Shown piece by piece: positions 9,274 to 18,144 of a DNA stretch of 64,000 bases. The DNA is taken from the IMG/VR virus record IMGVR_UViG_3300032893_000010, positions 32,001-96,000 of that record; one strand, given 5' to 3'. Position 1 is the stretch's first letter. Every line of letters starts with the position of its first letter. The translations under genes were made by a program, and so were the position numbers. The DNA comes from a virus. The notes under the pieces are model-generated. The model worked only from the letters and a program-made list of their open reading frames with translations. It had not been told where the DNA came from and searched no databases.

Positions 9274-10486
9274 CATACTCAGCGGTGGTGACATCAGGGT
9301 AGTATTAGACGCGGGACTTAACAGATCCTGGCTGGAGGGAGAGAATACTGGTTCCAGCGTAATATTCTCAGGGATAGATAAGCAGGCTTACAAATGGCTG
9401 CTGAATCATTATGCAAGACATAGGAACATACCAGCTCTGGGAACATTCAGGCAGCATTTCCCTGAGGAATCTTATAAATTCTCTGGTACTGTGATACCTG
9501 TAGGGGAACTTACAGAGCTGGCAGAGGAAAAGGTAGCATCTTTCCTTGTAGCGGATGTGATCGGCAGGGCAATAGATCTTCATGATAAAGGAAACATGAG
9601 AGAAGCTGCTTCCCTGCTGGGAATAGAAAGAAACATAAAGTACAGGAAGACAAGAGCTGACGACCTCGGCTCAGCTTCTTTTGACATAGAGGCTTTTCTC
9701 AGTAAAGAACTTGAGATGGGAATACCTCTGGGCATACCTGACATAGATGAGGAGTTCTATGGTTTCCAGCCTGGGATGCTGATAACTTTACTGGGAAGGC
9801 AGAAATCAGGAAAATCCTGGACTACTATCAACTCAGCCTTGCATGCCTGGGCTCAGGGGTATACGGTACTTGTATTCTCGGTTGAGATGGATACTACTAT
9901 GTTTCACCAGAGAGTGATGTGCCTGGGGGCTAAGGTTTCTCCTTCCCGGATGAGAAGAGGAAGACTATCCGCAGAGGAGAAGGAAAGAGTCAGGATATTT
10001 CATTCAGATCTTGTTCAGGAAGAGGGAACTTTCCTTATCTCTAAAAGAAAAACTGGTATCACTGTCGATGAGATAAAAGAGGAGGTTGCTCTTTATAATC
10101 CTAACATCGTGTATATTGACGGGTTTTCTTTCATGAGGGACACTGTGTCGGGAAGGACTACTTCTGACTGGCAGGCTAATGAGAACGTTGCTTATGCCCT
10201 GAAGGAATTCGCCATGGAAGAAGAGATAGTAGTATTCGTTAATACCCAGGTCCAGGAAAAGCAGTACAGTTCCAAGCACGGCATCGAGGCTAAGACTATT
10301 GCTTCCGGCACTGGTCTTCTCAAGGCTTCTGATCTTGTCCTGGGCCAGGATAAAGACGGAAACGACATGACTATAAGCACGGTGTATTCTAGATATGAAT
10401 GGCCGGAGACTGTTGTCGTTGATGTTGACTGGGACACCATGAATATGGTAACTGTCAAAGCTAAACTAGAAGAGGAAGGTATATGA
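9245..10486 (+). CDS. dnaB: DnaB-like replicative helicase
   Basis: Walker A GRQKSGKS, VLVFSVEM, IVYIDG, LKEFAMEEEIVV, SDLVLG. Confidence 0.92.
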   Translation: MNTGREIIHSILSGGDIRVVLDAGLNRSWLEGENTGSSVIFSGIDKQAYKWLLNHYARHRNIPALGTFRQHFPEESYKFSGTVIPVGELTELAEEKVASFLVADVIGRAIDLHDKGNMREAASLLGIERNIKYRKTRADDLGSASFDIEAFLSKELEMGIPLGIPDIDEEFYGFQPGMLITLLGRQKSGKSWTTINSALHAWAQGYTVLVFSVEMDTTMFHQRVMCLGAKVSPSRMRRGRLSAEEKERVRIFHSDLVQEEGTFLISKRKTGITVDEIKEEVALYNPNIVYIDGFSFMRDTVSGRTTSDWQANENVAYALKEFAMEEEIVVFVNTQVQEKQYSSKHGIEAKTIASGTGLLKASDLVLGQDKDGNDMTISTVYSRYEWPETVVVDVDWDTMNMVTVKAKLEEEGI

Positions 10487-10585
10487 TGTTCAGGTTCGTG
10501 AAGAAGATAATAGCAATGGAGATAGCTGAGTTAATCTGCATGACCCAGCAGTATACTCAGGCGATGAGCGAAGAGGATAAGAAAG

Positions 10586-11551
10586 ATGTCAAGTTCGGGT
10601 TCGCGCTACCAGACAGGAGCATCATCGATTGAGTCACTGCTCGGAGAACTGGGAATAAAATATGACATCTCAGGTGACGAAGCTTATTCCAGTTGCCCTT
10701 TTCATTATCCTGACAGGCATGCTAGCTGGTATGTTAACATCAGATCCGGTTTGCATCATTGTTTCAGTTGTGGCGCTAAGGGTAATCTCGCTCATCTTGT
10801 TTCCTTCGTCAAGAATATCTCGTATCCTGAAGCGGTAATATACGTTAACGAGATAATAGGATGGGCAAGGGCAGATAGGTGGAGGGAGGATTATGAGAGC
10901 AGTAGTTATGCACCGCCTGCATACAGGATATCTGAGACGGATCTGGCAATGTTTGACTCCCCGCCTGTGGATTACATGGAACAAAGAGATCTCAGAGAAG
11001 AATACGTAAAGCTGTTTGGCGTTAAATGGAACACGGAAAATAAATCGTGGATACTTCCTATAAGAGACCCGTATACTTTCGATCTATGGGGATGGCAGGA
11101 GAAATTGGCTGATGGACGAGGATTCAGTAATAATCCAAGAGGTATTAAAAAATCCAAGACGTTGTTTGGCATTGACGTTGCTACAGATGGCGGCACCATT
11201 ATCCTGGTCGAGTCGCCACTTGACGCAGTGCGTGTGTCTTCTTTCGGAAGAGGAACTGGATTGGCTTGCTCGGGCCTACAGGTCAGCGATATCCAGCTCT
11301 CCTTTGTATTCGAACGCTCAGAACGAGTTGTACTGGCGCTTGATAACGATACTCCAGGAATACGAGATACAGCTAGAATATGCTCAGAGTATAAAGGACG
11401 CCCTCTGTGGATATACGACTATGGAATGAGCAAAGCTAAAGATCCTGGAGAGCAGACAGATGAGGAAATAATATGGAGCTTGGATAATATGAGATCAGGA
11501 TTGAGATGTCTAGCAGAACATGAAAAGAAACTTAAAAATCTACAGAGATAA
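10586..11551 (+). CDS. dnaG: DNA primase
   Basis: CPFH...HCFSCG zinc finger; Toprim VESPLDA, LALDND..G, KDPGE. Confidence 0.92.
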   Translation: MSSSGSRYQTGASSIESLLGELGIKYDISGDEAYSSCPFHYPDRHASWYVNIRSGLHHCFSCGAKGNLAHLVSFVKNISYPEAVIYVNEIIGWARADRWREDYESSSYAPPAYRISETDLAMFDSPPVDYMEQRDLREEYVKLFGVKWNTENKSWILPIRDPYTFDLWGWQEKLADGRGFSNNPRGIKKSKTLFGIDVATDGGTIILVESPLDAVRVSSFGRGTGLACSGLQVSDIQLSFVFERSERVVLALDNDTPGIRDTARICSEYKGRPLWIYDYGMSKAKDPGEQTDEEIIWSLDNMRSGLRCLAEHEKKLKNLQR

Positions 11552-11701
11552 CAATGACTGGTGGGTAGGATGGTACAGAGGGCCGAATCATCACTATGTT
11601 ATATTGATACCCACGATAGTAATAAGATGGGAGAAGACCTTATCTAATGATAAGGTCTTGGCTCAAAGAAATGCGTTGGTGAAAAAATGAGGAATAATTA
11701 A

Positions 11702-12409
11702 TTGCGCTACGTGGGAGGAAAGAGCAAGTTAGCTAAGAGAATTGCATCAGATATCCTAGCTCGCACTGACAAAAGAGATGTACTGATAGAGCCTTTCGTC
11801 GGCGGCGGGGCTGTCCTGGCAGAACTAGCACCAGCTTTCGATTGCGTATATGCTTCTGATATTCATGAGGATCTTATGCTCATGTGGAATAAGTTCTGGC
11901 ACTATAACTGGGAACCTGATAACTACTGCTCAGAACAGGAGTACCAGAGACTGAGATATGAGAAGCCGTCAGCCTTGAGAAGGCTGGTAGGATTCGGGCA
12001 GTCTTTCGGAGGTAAATGGTGGGGAGGTTATGCCAGGGGAAAGAAACCCAACGGTGAAGAAAGAAATTACCTTGACGAAACCATAAGAAATATAAAGAAT
12101 ATAATCAGCAAGCTCCCTGAGAATTCTCACTTTACTATCTCCTCATACAAAGACTGGAACCCGGTAGCAGGAGACGTTATCTACTGTGATCCTCCTTACG
12201 CCAGTACTCAAGGATATGGAGGCACTGATAGTTTCGATTCTCAAGAGTTCTGGAAAGTCATGGACGAGTGGAAGCAATTAGGTGCTGATGTATTCGTATC
12301 AGAATATAATGCTCCTGACAGCTGGAAAGAGATAGCATCTTATCCTCATAGGATGGAACTGTCTCTGATACAGGATAGGAGACAGACAACAGAAAGATTG
12401 TGGCATTAG
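11702..12409 (+). CDS. Dam-like N6-adenine DNA methyltransferase
   Basis: YVGGKSKLA, EPFVGGGAV (motif I), YCDPPY (motif IV), VFVSEY. Confidence 0.9.
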   Translation: MRYVGGKSKLAKRIASDILARTDKRDVLIEPFVGGGAVLAELAPAFDCVYASDIHEDLMLMWNKFWHYNWEPDNYCSEQEYQRLRYEKPSALRRLVGFGQSFGGKWWGGYARGKKPNGEERNYLDETIRNIKNIISKLPENSHFTISSYKDWNPVAGDVIYCDPPYASTQGYGGTDSFDSQEFWKVMDEWKQLGADVFVSEYNAPDSWKEIASYPHRMELSLIQDRRQTTERLWH

Positions 12410-15093
12410 TGTTTAACGGTAAGCTGCATCCATATCAGGAGGAAGTAGTAAAGAGATTCCTGGAACGCAAGAGCTTATTACTAGCCTATGGTTGCGGGAC
12501 AGGAAAGGCCCAGAGTATCAGTGAGCCTGTCCTAACTCCGAATGGATGGAAAGAAATAGGAAAACTTCAAGTTGGAGACTATGTAATAGGGAAGGGCGGT
12601 AAACCGACTGAGGTAACGGGGGTCTTCCCGCAGACGGATAGATCAATCTATAAAATAACTATGAATGACGGGTCATATACTTTTGCTACGAAAGATCACC
12701 TGTGGTCCGTACGGCGTAGAGCTAAAGACAACTGGCATGTGAAGACCACCCAGGAATTGCTAGACTCAGGTTTGAGCATTCAAAGAAAAAGTCATGATGT
12801 CAGGACTAACGGACGAGCTTCTGACGCTCCGGGTTGTAAATATCAGATACCAGTGGTAGATGCTGTAGCATTCGGGTATAGCAAGCTTCCAGTTGACCCG
12901 TATTTGCTGGGAGCTATTTTGGGAGACGGGTGCGTCACAGCATCTAATCCTACTATTACTTTTTCTACGGCTGACTCTGAAATGATAAGTAATATGGAAG
13001 TTCTGCTTCCTGATGGAGTTTCTATCAAGAAAGGTGACGGATACAATTACAGGTTAGTCTCTACAAGAGGAAAGCCTAATCTACTGCTTGATGCTGTAAG
13101 AAGTTTAGGAATTTACGGTACAGATTCAAGCACAAAGTTCATTCCAGAAAACTACTTAATGGCTTGCACACCTGACAGGATTGCTCTGTTGCAAGGTTTA
13201 ATGGATACTGACGGTACTGTAGACAAAAGACAACCTTCATCAATATCTTTTTGTACGGTAAGTGAGGCTCTTAAAGACGGGGTAGTCGAGTTAGTTCAGT
13301 CTTTGGGTGGTACAGCCAGGGTTACTTCTAAAATTCCTGTCCTTAAATATAAAGGCGAGTATAAAAAAGGAAAGCTGGCATATATGGTGAGCATACGACT
13401 TCCTAGCGCAGTTCAGCCGTTTAGGTTAACTAGGAAAGAAGCTCCGTATACGCCAGTAAATAACCTAACTCGTTACATAAAAACCATAGAATATAGCCAC
13501 GAAGAAGATTCTGTTTGCATATCAGTAGCAGCAGAAGACAACCTATACGTAACCAGGAACTATATTGTCACGCACAACACAGTAATGTCTATTGCCATTG
13601 CAGAGGAACTTCTAGCATCTGGTGAAGTAGATCAGGTGCTAGTTCTCTGTCCTGCTTCACTCAAATATCAGTGGCGCGATAAGATAAAACAGTTCACGGA
13701 CAGTTCAGTTATGGTAGTAGACGGTCCTAAGCGCATAAGGACAGGACAGTACGCATCTCAACGGGGAGAAATACCAGCTTGTGAGTATCTGATAGGCTCA
13801 TACGACGGTGTTATCTATGATCACGAGGACATGTCAGCAGTGAATCCAGGCATGGTCATAGCTGATGAAGTGTCAGCTATCAAGTCTTTCAAGGCTCAGG
13901 GATCCAAGAGAGTAAAGAAACTGTTCGGTAAGACACCTTACCGTCTTGGCCTTACAGCTACTCCTATAGAGAACAAGCCAGAAGAATTATATTCCATCAT
14001 GCAATGGATAGACCCCACAGTATTAGGAAGGTACGATTTATTTGAGCGAGCATACATCACGAGAAATTCAAAAGGATGGGTCGTGGAGTATAAAAACCTT
14101 GACGTTCTACGGGAGCGGATGGGAGATGCACTTAGCAGGAAAACAAGACATGATCCTGAGGTACGACCATACCTTCCAGACGTTGATGAAGCTACCTGGG
14201 AAGTTCACATTGATTCTATTCCGTTGGGGAAAGCGTATGAGAAGATATGCCAGGATATGCTGTCACATATTGAAGAGAATGCATATAAATATGACAGTGA
14301 CATAAACCTGATGAACATGGTTCCTGGTTTCGATGATTCAACACCAGATGGTGAGCTTATGTCCATGCACATGTGCGCTGAGATGCTGCTTAATCATCCT
14401 GAACTTGTCATATGGTCAGCTAATATGTACGAGGGCGATTCTCCTGAAGGCTCTGCCTATGCTAAGCACCTGAAAGATTCAGGTCTCCTGTACAGCATTC
14501 ATAACAGTCCTAAGATGGATCTGCTACTGGAAGAGCTGGATCTGCTACTGGCCGATCCTGATAGTAAGGTGATAATAGTCTCCAGGTATAAGTACATGCT
14601 TGACATTATCAGCATGCATCTCAAGGGAGAGTATAAGCACGTGAAATTCACGGGAGACATGACAGCGACACAGAAGAACATAGCAGTTGGCTTGTTCAGC
14701 CAGCCTGAGTACAGGATTTTCCTGACATCACATGCAGGCGGCTACGGTCTTGACTTGTACATGGCTGACTACCTGATTAACTATGACATTCCATGGTCGG
14801 CGGGAACTAAAGACCAGATTAACTCAAGACATGTAAGAGCATCGTCAGGCTTCGATAAGGTGTATGTACGTAATCTGGTAACTAAAGATACTGTGGAGGA
14901 GAGGAAGTACAGGGTGCTGGAAAGAAAAGGACAGATAATATCATCTGTGATGGATGGTGCTGATATAACGACAGTCGATGTCGGATCGGATTATCTCAGG
15001 ACGCACCTGGAGAAAGTTCTAGGAAAACCCTTGACAGACCGGGCCGCCCGTGCTAAACTGGGTAGCAGTCAATTTACTGAGGAGGCGTCATGA
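12400..15093 (+). CDS. SNF2-family helicase containing an intein
   Basis: LHPYQ, GTGK/T Walker A split by intein, VLCPASLKYQW, IADEVSAIKS, LTATPIENKPEELYS, GGYGLDL. Confidence 0.9.
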   Translation: MALVFNGKLHPYQEEVVKRFLERKSLLLAYGCGTGKAQSISEPVLTPNGWKEIGKLQVGDYVIGKGGKPTEVTGVFPQTDRSIYKITMNDGSYTFATKDHLWSVRRRAKDNWHVKTTQELLDSGLSIQRKSHDVRTNGRASDAPGCKYQIPVVDAVAFGYSKLPVDPYLLGAILGDGCVTASNPTITFSTADSEMISNMEVLLPDGVSIKKGDGYNYRLVSTRGKPNLLLDAVRSLGIYGTDSSTKFIPENYLMACTPDRIALLQGLMDTDGTVDKRQPSSISFCTVSEALKDGVVELVQSLGGTARVTSKIPVLKYKGEYKKGKLAYMVSIRLPSAVQPFRLTRKEAPYTPVNNLTRYIKTIEYSHEEDSVCISVAAEDNLYVTRNYIVTHNTVMSIAIAEELLASGEVDQVLVLCPASLKYQWRDKIKQFTDSSVMVVDGPKRIRTGQYASQRGEIPACEYLIGSYDGVIYDHEDMSAVNPGMVIADEVSAIKSFKAQGSKRVKKLFGKTPYRLGLTATPIENKPEELYSIMQWIDPTVLGRYDLFERAYITRNSKGWVVEYKNLDVLRERMGDALSRKTRHDPEVRPYLPDVDEATWEVHIDSIPLGKAYEKICQDMLSHIEENAYKYDSDINLMNMVPGFDDSTPDGELMSMHMCAEMLLNHPELVIWSANMYEGDSPEGSAYAKHLKDSGLLYSIHNSPKMDLLLEELDLLLADPDSKVIIVSRYKYMLDIISMHLKGEYKHVKFTGDMTATQKNIAVGLFSQPEYRIFLTSHAGGYGLDLYMADYLINYDIPWSAGTKDQINSRHVRASSGFDKVYVRNLVTKDTVEERKYRVLERKGQIISSVMDGADITTVDVGSDYLRTHLEKVLGKPLTDRAARAKLGSSQFTEEAS
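12508..13578 (+). mobile_element. Class 3 intein (357 aa) with LAGLIDADG endonuclease
   Basis: Starts Ala (AQSISEPVLTPNGW); block B TKDHLW, block F VCISV, block G VTHN/T (W-C-T triad); LLGAILGDG and LLQGLMDTDG motifs. Confidence 0.92.
15031..15059 (+). promoter_or_regulatory. SigA/HrdB-type promoter
   Basis: TTGACA-N17-TAAACT with extended -10 TG. Confidence 0.75.
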
Positions 15094-15224
15094 AAACCAC
15101 GGTCCCGGCGAAGTGCCCCAAGTGCAAGAGCACTCACATTTATGAGGTAGCAAAAGATGAAAATACCTATACTGTAGTGTGGGCTTGCTATGACTGCGGT
15201 CATATATGGAGGATAAGCACATGA
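15090..15224 (+). CDS. Zinc-ribbon microprotein (44 aa)
   Basis: GAGGAGG RBS; CPKC...KDE..TVVWACYDCGHIW. Confidence 0.75.
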   Translation: MKTTVPAKCPKCKSTHIYEVAKDENTYTVVWACYDCGHIWRIST

Positions 15225-15370
15225 TGCCGGTAATGAGATGTCCTAGGTGCAACGAGTGGTGCAGTACAGCCAATCAGTTCCTTTTCAGGACAAGAGAAGA
15301 CGAGAAGAATGACAGGCCGGGCGTCATGTACAATGACTGCAAGTATTGCGGGCATCAATGGCCAGCATAG
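15221..15370 (+). CDS. Zinc-ribbon microprotein (49 aa)
   Basis: GGAGG RBS, ATGA overlap; CPRC...RTREDE...MYNDCKYCGHQW. Confidence 0.75.
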   Translation: MMPVMRCPRCNEWCSTANQFLFRTREDEKNDRPGVMYNDCKYCGHQWPA

Positions 15371-15786
15371 AAGAACATGAGAGATGGGCTTTATCCTATC
15401 TTCTCGTGACTCATGACGAGAATCATATCAAGGAGAAGAGATCTGAGCTTAGGAGTAATCTTCATGACCACATCCTGGAGCACGGAGAAGAAGACGAAGA
15501 CGGCAATCTTATAGTCTATTTCGATGAGCCTAAGACTGTGGATGGGGAGACCTGGTTCAAGGGCCTGATGCTCCAGCGCAGGGTTTCAGAGTATGTGGAT
15601 GAGGATAAGGTCTGGGAGCTGGTGAGGAAACACGATCTCGGGGATATGTGCCTGAAAACTGTTGAGGTTCTGGACCTGGACATGTTCTATGCTGCCAACC
15701 AGCAAGGCTTGATCTCAGATGAAGAACTGGATTCTGTATTGACACAGGAGAAATCGTGGGCGCTCGTGAAGATAAAGGCTCTGTAG
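15358..15786 (+). CDS. Hypothetical protein
   Basis: GEEDEDGNL..., QRRVS..DED, G.ISDEELD..L....SWAL; typical of replication-region genes. Confidence 0.75.
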   Translation: MASIEEHERWALSYLLVTHDENHIKEKRSELRSNLHDHILEHGEEDEDGNLIVYFDEPKTVDGETWFKGLMLQRRVSEYVDEDKVWELVRKHDLGDMCLKTVEVLDLDMFYAANQQGLISDEELDSVLTQEKSWALVKIKAL

Positions 15787-15902
15787 CGCATGAGCTGAAG
15801 ATGTGCTCCTGTGATTGCAAGGAATGTGACGCAGGCAAGGCGATAAATAACAAGTGGTATCACTGCCTTAAGCATGAGAACGGATGTCATCGGATATGCT
15901 AG
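15756..15902 (+). CDS. Cys/His-rich microprotein, family copy C
   Basis: AGGAG RBS before GTG 15756 (alt ATG 15801); CSCDCKECDAGKAINNKWYHCLKHENGCHRIC. Confidence 0.7.
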   Translation: MGAREDKGSVAHELKMCSCDCKECDAGKAINNKWYHCLKHENGCHRIC

Positions 15903-16033
15903 GGTGGGGAAGCAAGAAGCCTGAGCACGAAAATTATGACATAAGCCTTTGCCGGTGCTTGTGCAGGAGGTGCGATTCAGTAGTGGCTTTTGATCATTGC
16001 CAGAACACGCGAAAAGGATGTCATATGGGATGA
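15896..16033 (+). CDS. Cys/His-rich microprotein, family copy D (45 aa)
   Basis: Overlaps stop of copy C; CRCLCRRCDSVVAFDHCQNTRKGCHMG. Confidence 0.7.
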   Translation: MLGWGSKKPEHENYDISLCRCLCRRCDSVVAFDHCQNTRKGCHMG

Positions 16034-16140
16034 ATTTCCTGAAGAATAAGAAATGTGATTGCCTTTGCTTTGAGTGCTGTAGTTTCATTCATTGCGGAAG
16101 ACATAAGAAAGGTTGTCATAAGGATTGCGACCATGACTGA
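16030..16140 (+). CDS. Cys/His-rich microprotein, family copy E (36 aa)
   Basis: ATGA overlap with copy D; MNFLKNKKCDCLCFECCSFIHCGRHKKGCHKDCDHD; overlaps ATG 16133. Confidence 0.7.
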   Translation: MNFLKNKKCDCLCFECCSFIHCGRHKKGCHKDCDHD

Positions 16141-16552
16141 GTTCTATCCAGGCAGCAGTAAGAGAAGAAGGAACTATGAAGACCAGGCTGGGAAAGCTGA
16201 AGACGAGAATTCTCTTGAGGATTTTGATCTGGGCAAATCAAAGACGTATCTCCTGAACAACCAAAGAGTAGAGTTGTATCCTTTAGGTTCCCTGGCTGCC
16301 GCTCTTAACAGGGCTCCGGTTACTATAAGGAAACTGGAGAAAGAAGGAATAATCCCTAAGGCCACGATGATACTTCCCTCTCATGACGAAAGAGGAACCA
16401 GAAGGCTTTACACCAGGGAGCAGATTGCGGGACTCAGGAAGGCTGCCGAGGAAGAGGGAGTGTTGTGTCCTAGTCCTAATGGTAAATGGAGAGCTATTGA
16501 AGAAACTAATTTCAGGGAGAAAGCTCTCTCAGTATTCAAGGAGAACAAGTGA
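16133..16552 (+). CDS. MerR-like HTH DNA-binding protein
   Basis: YPLGSLAAALNRAPVTIRKLEKEGIIP...RRLYTREQI; true start probably 16133, not 16055. Confidence 0.8.
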   Translation: MTEFYPGSSKRRRNYEDQAGKAEDENSLEDFDLGKSKTYLLNNQRVELYPLGSLAAALNRAPVTIRKLEKEGIIPKATMILPSHDERGTRRLYTREQIAGLRKAAEEEGVLCPSPNGKWRAIEETNFREKALSVFKENK

Positions 16553-16667
16553 CAGATTGCAGCAAAGACGGTCATGTTTTTCCTGGTTACCCTGACCGGG
16601 TAACCATGTCAGAAGAGTATTACGATTGCATGAGAGATGATTGTGATTACGTGGACAGAAGAATAAA

Positions 16668-16907
16668 GTGATCATAAAAAGAACAAGAGCTTATACTGTG
16701 AACATGGGTAACTATGAGTCCTTCAGGACTGAGGCTACCGTTGAAGTTGACACAGACCAGTTAGCGATAGAAGAAGGAACATCTCCTGCTGACGCAGGAT
16801 TCGAATACGCAGATGAGCTGCTGACGAAAGCACTAGCTAAAGATCTTAAAGAAGCCGCAGAAGTTACGAATATCAAAGACTCATTCGTATTAACTATGGA
16901 GTTGTAA
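16668..16907 (+). CDS. Hypothetical protein
   Basis: VNMGNYES motif common in phage replication regions. Confidence 0.75.
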   Translation: MIIKRTRAYTVNMGNYESFRTEATVEVDTDQLAIEEGTSPADAGFEYADELLTKALAKDLKEAAEVTNIKDSFVLTMEL

Positions 16908-16908
16908 C

Positions 16909-17619
16909 ATGGCGATAGAGAGAAAAAGAGCGCAGACACCAGATACGTCAGGATTAAGCGAGTTCGCACCTAGAGAAAGAGTAACTAAAGAAGTGCAAGA
17001 ATCACATGATTTCATCAAGCCTGGATGGGCAGTGGGCAAGAATCGCTATTCTAATTCAGGCGAGAAAGCAGACTATTTCAGCATCAAGAAGTTCGAGGAA
17101 GAGATAATCATCAAGTTCTTGGATGATGTGTCCTTCGCTCCGGTTTTCCAGCATTGGGTATTGATGGAGGGAGGGAAGAGAAGACCTTTCACTTGCATAG
17201 TAAAGGAATGTCCTCTTTGCGAGAGAGGAGACACGCCTAAGAGCTGTGACTATATCAATCTCGTAGAGCTGTCAGCTAAGTCACCGGATGACGAGAAGTA
17301 TCCAGAGCCTGTTCTCAAGCTGTGGTCTGCCTCACCTTCACCTGCTGCCGCTATCAAGCAGAGGGCAGAAAACAAGAGAAGCTCCCCTATCAACAGGAAG
17401 GGATTGTACTTTGCGGCATTCAAGGTTAACGGCAAGAATGACATCCCGGAGTATCATCTTGATCCTGTGAGGGAAGACGAGCTTGATGACTATGCCGTGC
17501 AGCCTCTGACCGATGAGCAACTAGCCAAGTTCAACTCTGAGAAGTATGATAAATCCGTAGTTAAGGTGCACACTAAGTCAGAGCTGGAAGAGATTGCAGA
17601 AAAGTATCTAGAGGATTAA
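16909..17619 (+). CDS. ssDNA-binding protein (gp32-like)
   Basis: IIKFLDD...FQHWV...FTC...CPLCE Zn site; upstream of polymerase. Confidence 0.7.
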   Translation: MAIERKRAQTPDTSGLSEFAPRERVTKEVQESHDFIKPGWAVGKNRYSNSGEKADYFSIKKFEEEIIIKFLDDVSFAPVFQHWVLMEGGKRRPFTCIVKECPLCERGDTPKSCDYINLVELSAKSPDDEKYPEPVLKLWSASPSPAAAIKQRAENKRSSPINRKGLYFAAFKVNGKNDIPEYHLDPVREDELDDYAVQPLTDEQLAKFNSEKYDKSVVKVHTKSELEEIAEKYLED

Positions 17620-17632
17620 ATGGAGGATTTGA

Positions 17633-17839
17633 ATGCGCAAGTCTAAGATTGAAACGCACCAGTATGACCTGAATTACGCAGATCTTGTTAAGCTGCTGGA
17701 CCTAAAGCAGAATCAGACTGTGGTTGACATAACAGTGTCAGGAGGACTGAGCAAGACATCGGGACCCTGGGCAGTAAAGTTCAGGGTGCAGACTACTGAG
17801 TCTGAGACGCTGGAAATTCCGTCGTATACTGAAAAGTAA
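17633..17839 (+). CDS. Hypothetical protein
   Basis: GGAGG RBS, ORF track. Confidence 0.7.
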   Translation: MRKSKIETHQYDLNYADLVKLLDLKQNQTVVDITVSGGLSKTSGPWAVKFRVQTTESETLEIPSYTEK

Positions 17840-18144
17840 TGGCTAGTGACTACCATAGCAGGTTAAGAGCAGAAGTTCTGGATCATTACGGCAGGTCGTG
17901 TGCTTGCTGTGGCGAGACAGAACTTCTGTTTCTCTGCATCGATCATAAGAATAATAACGGATATGCTCATAGGAAAGAGCTGAAAAGCAGGTCATCTGCT
18001 ACTTTATACAGATGGCTGATAAAAGAGGGATTCCCTGAGGATTTCCAGACCTTATGCTATAACTGCAATCACGGCAAGAAACTGAACGGAGGTGGGTGTC
18101 CTCATGTTACCTCAAGGAATAGTAACCTCAGAGTCGCAGCTTAG
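17839..18144 (+). CDS. HNH endonuclease
   Basis: YG..CACCGE....LCIDH..NNG..HR...FQTLCYNCN. Confidence 0.85.
   Translation: MASDYHSRLRAEVLDHYGRSCACCGETELLFLCIDHKNNNGYAHRKELKSRSSATLYRWLIKEGFPEDFQTLCYNCNHGKKLNGGGCPHVTSRNSNLRVAA

Noticed and set aside
16055-16132. Hydrophobic N-terminal extension of the MerR-like ORF
   Set aside because: Better explained by microprotein copy E in another frame; ATG 16133 is coupled to its stop
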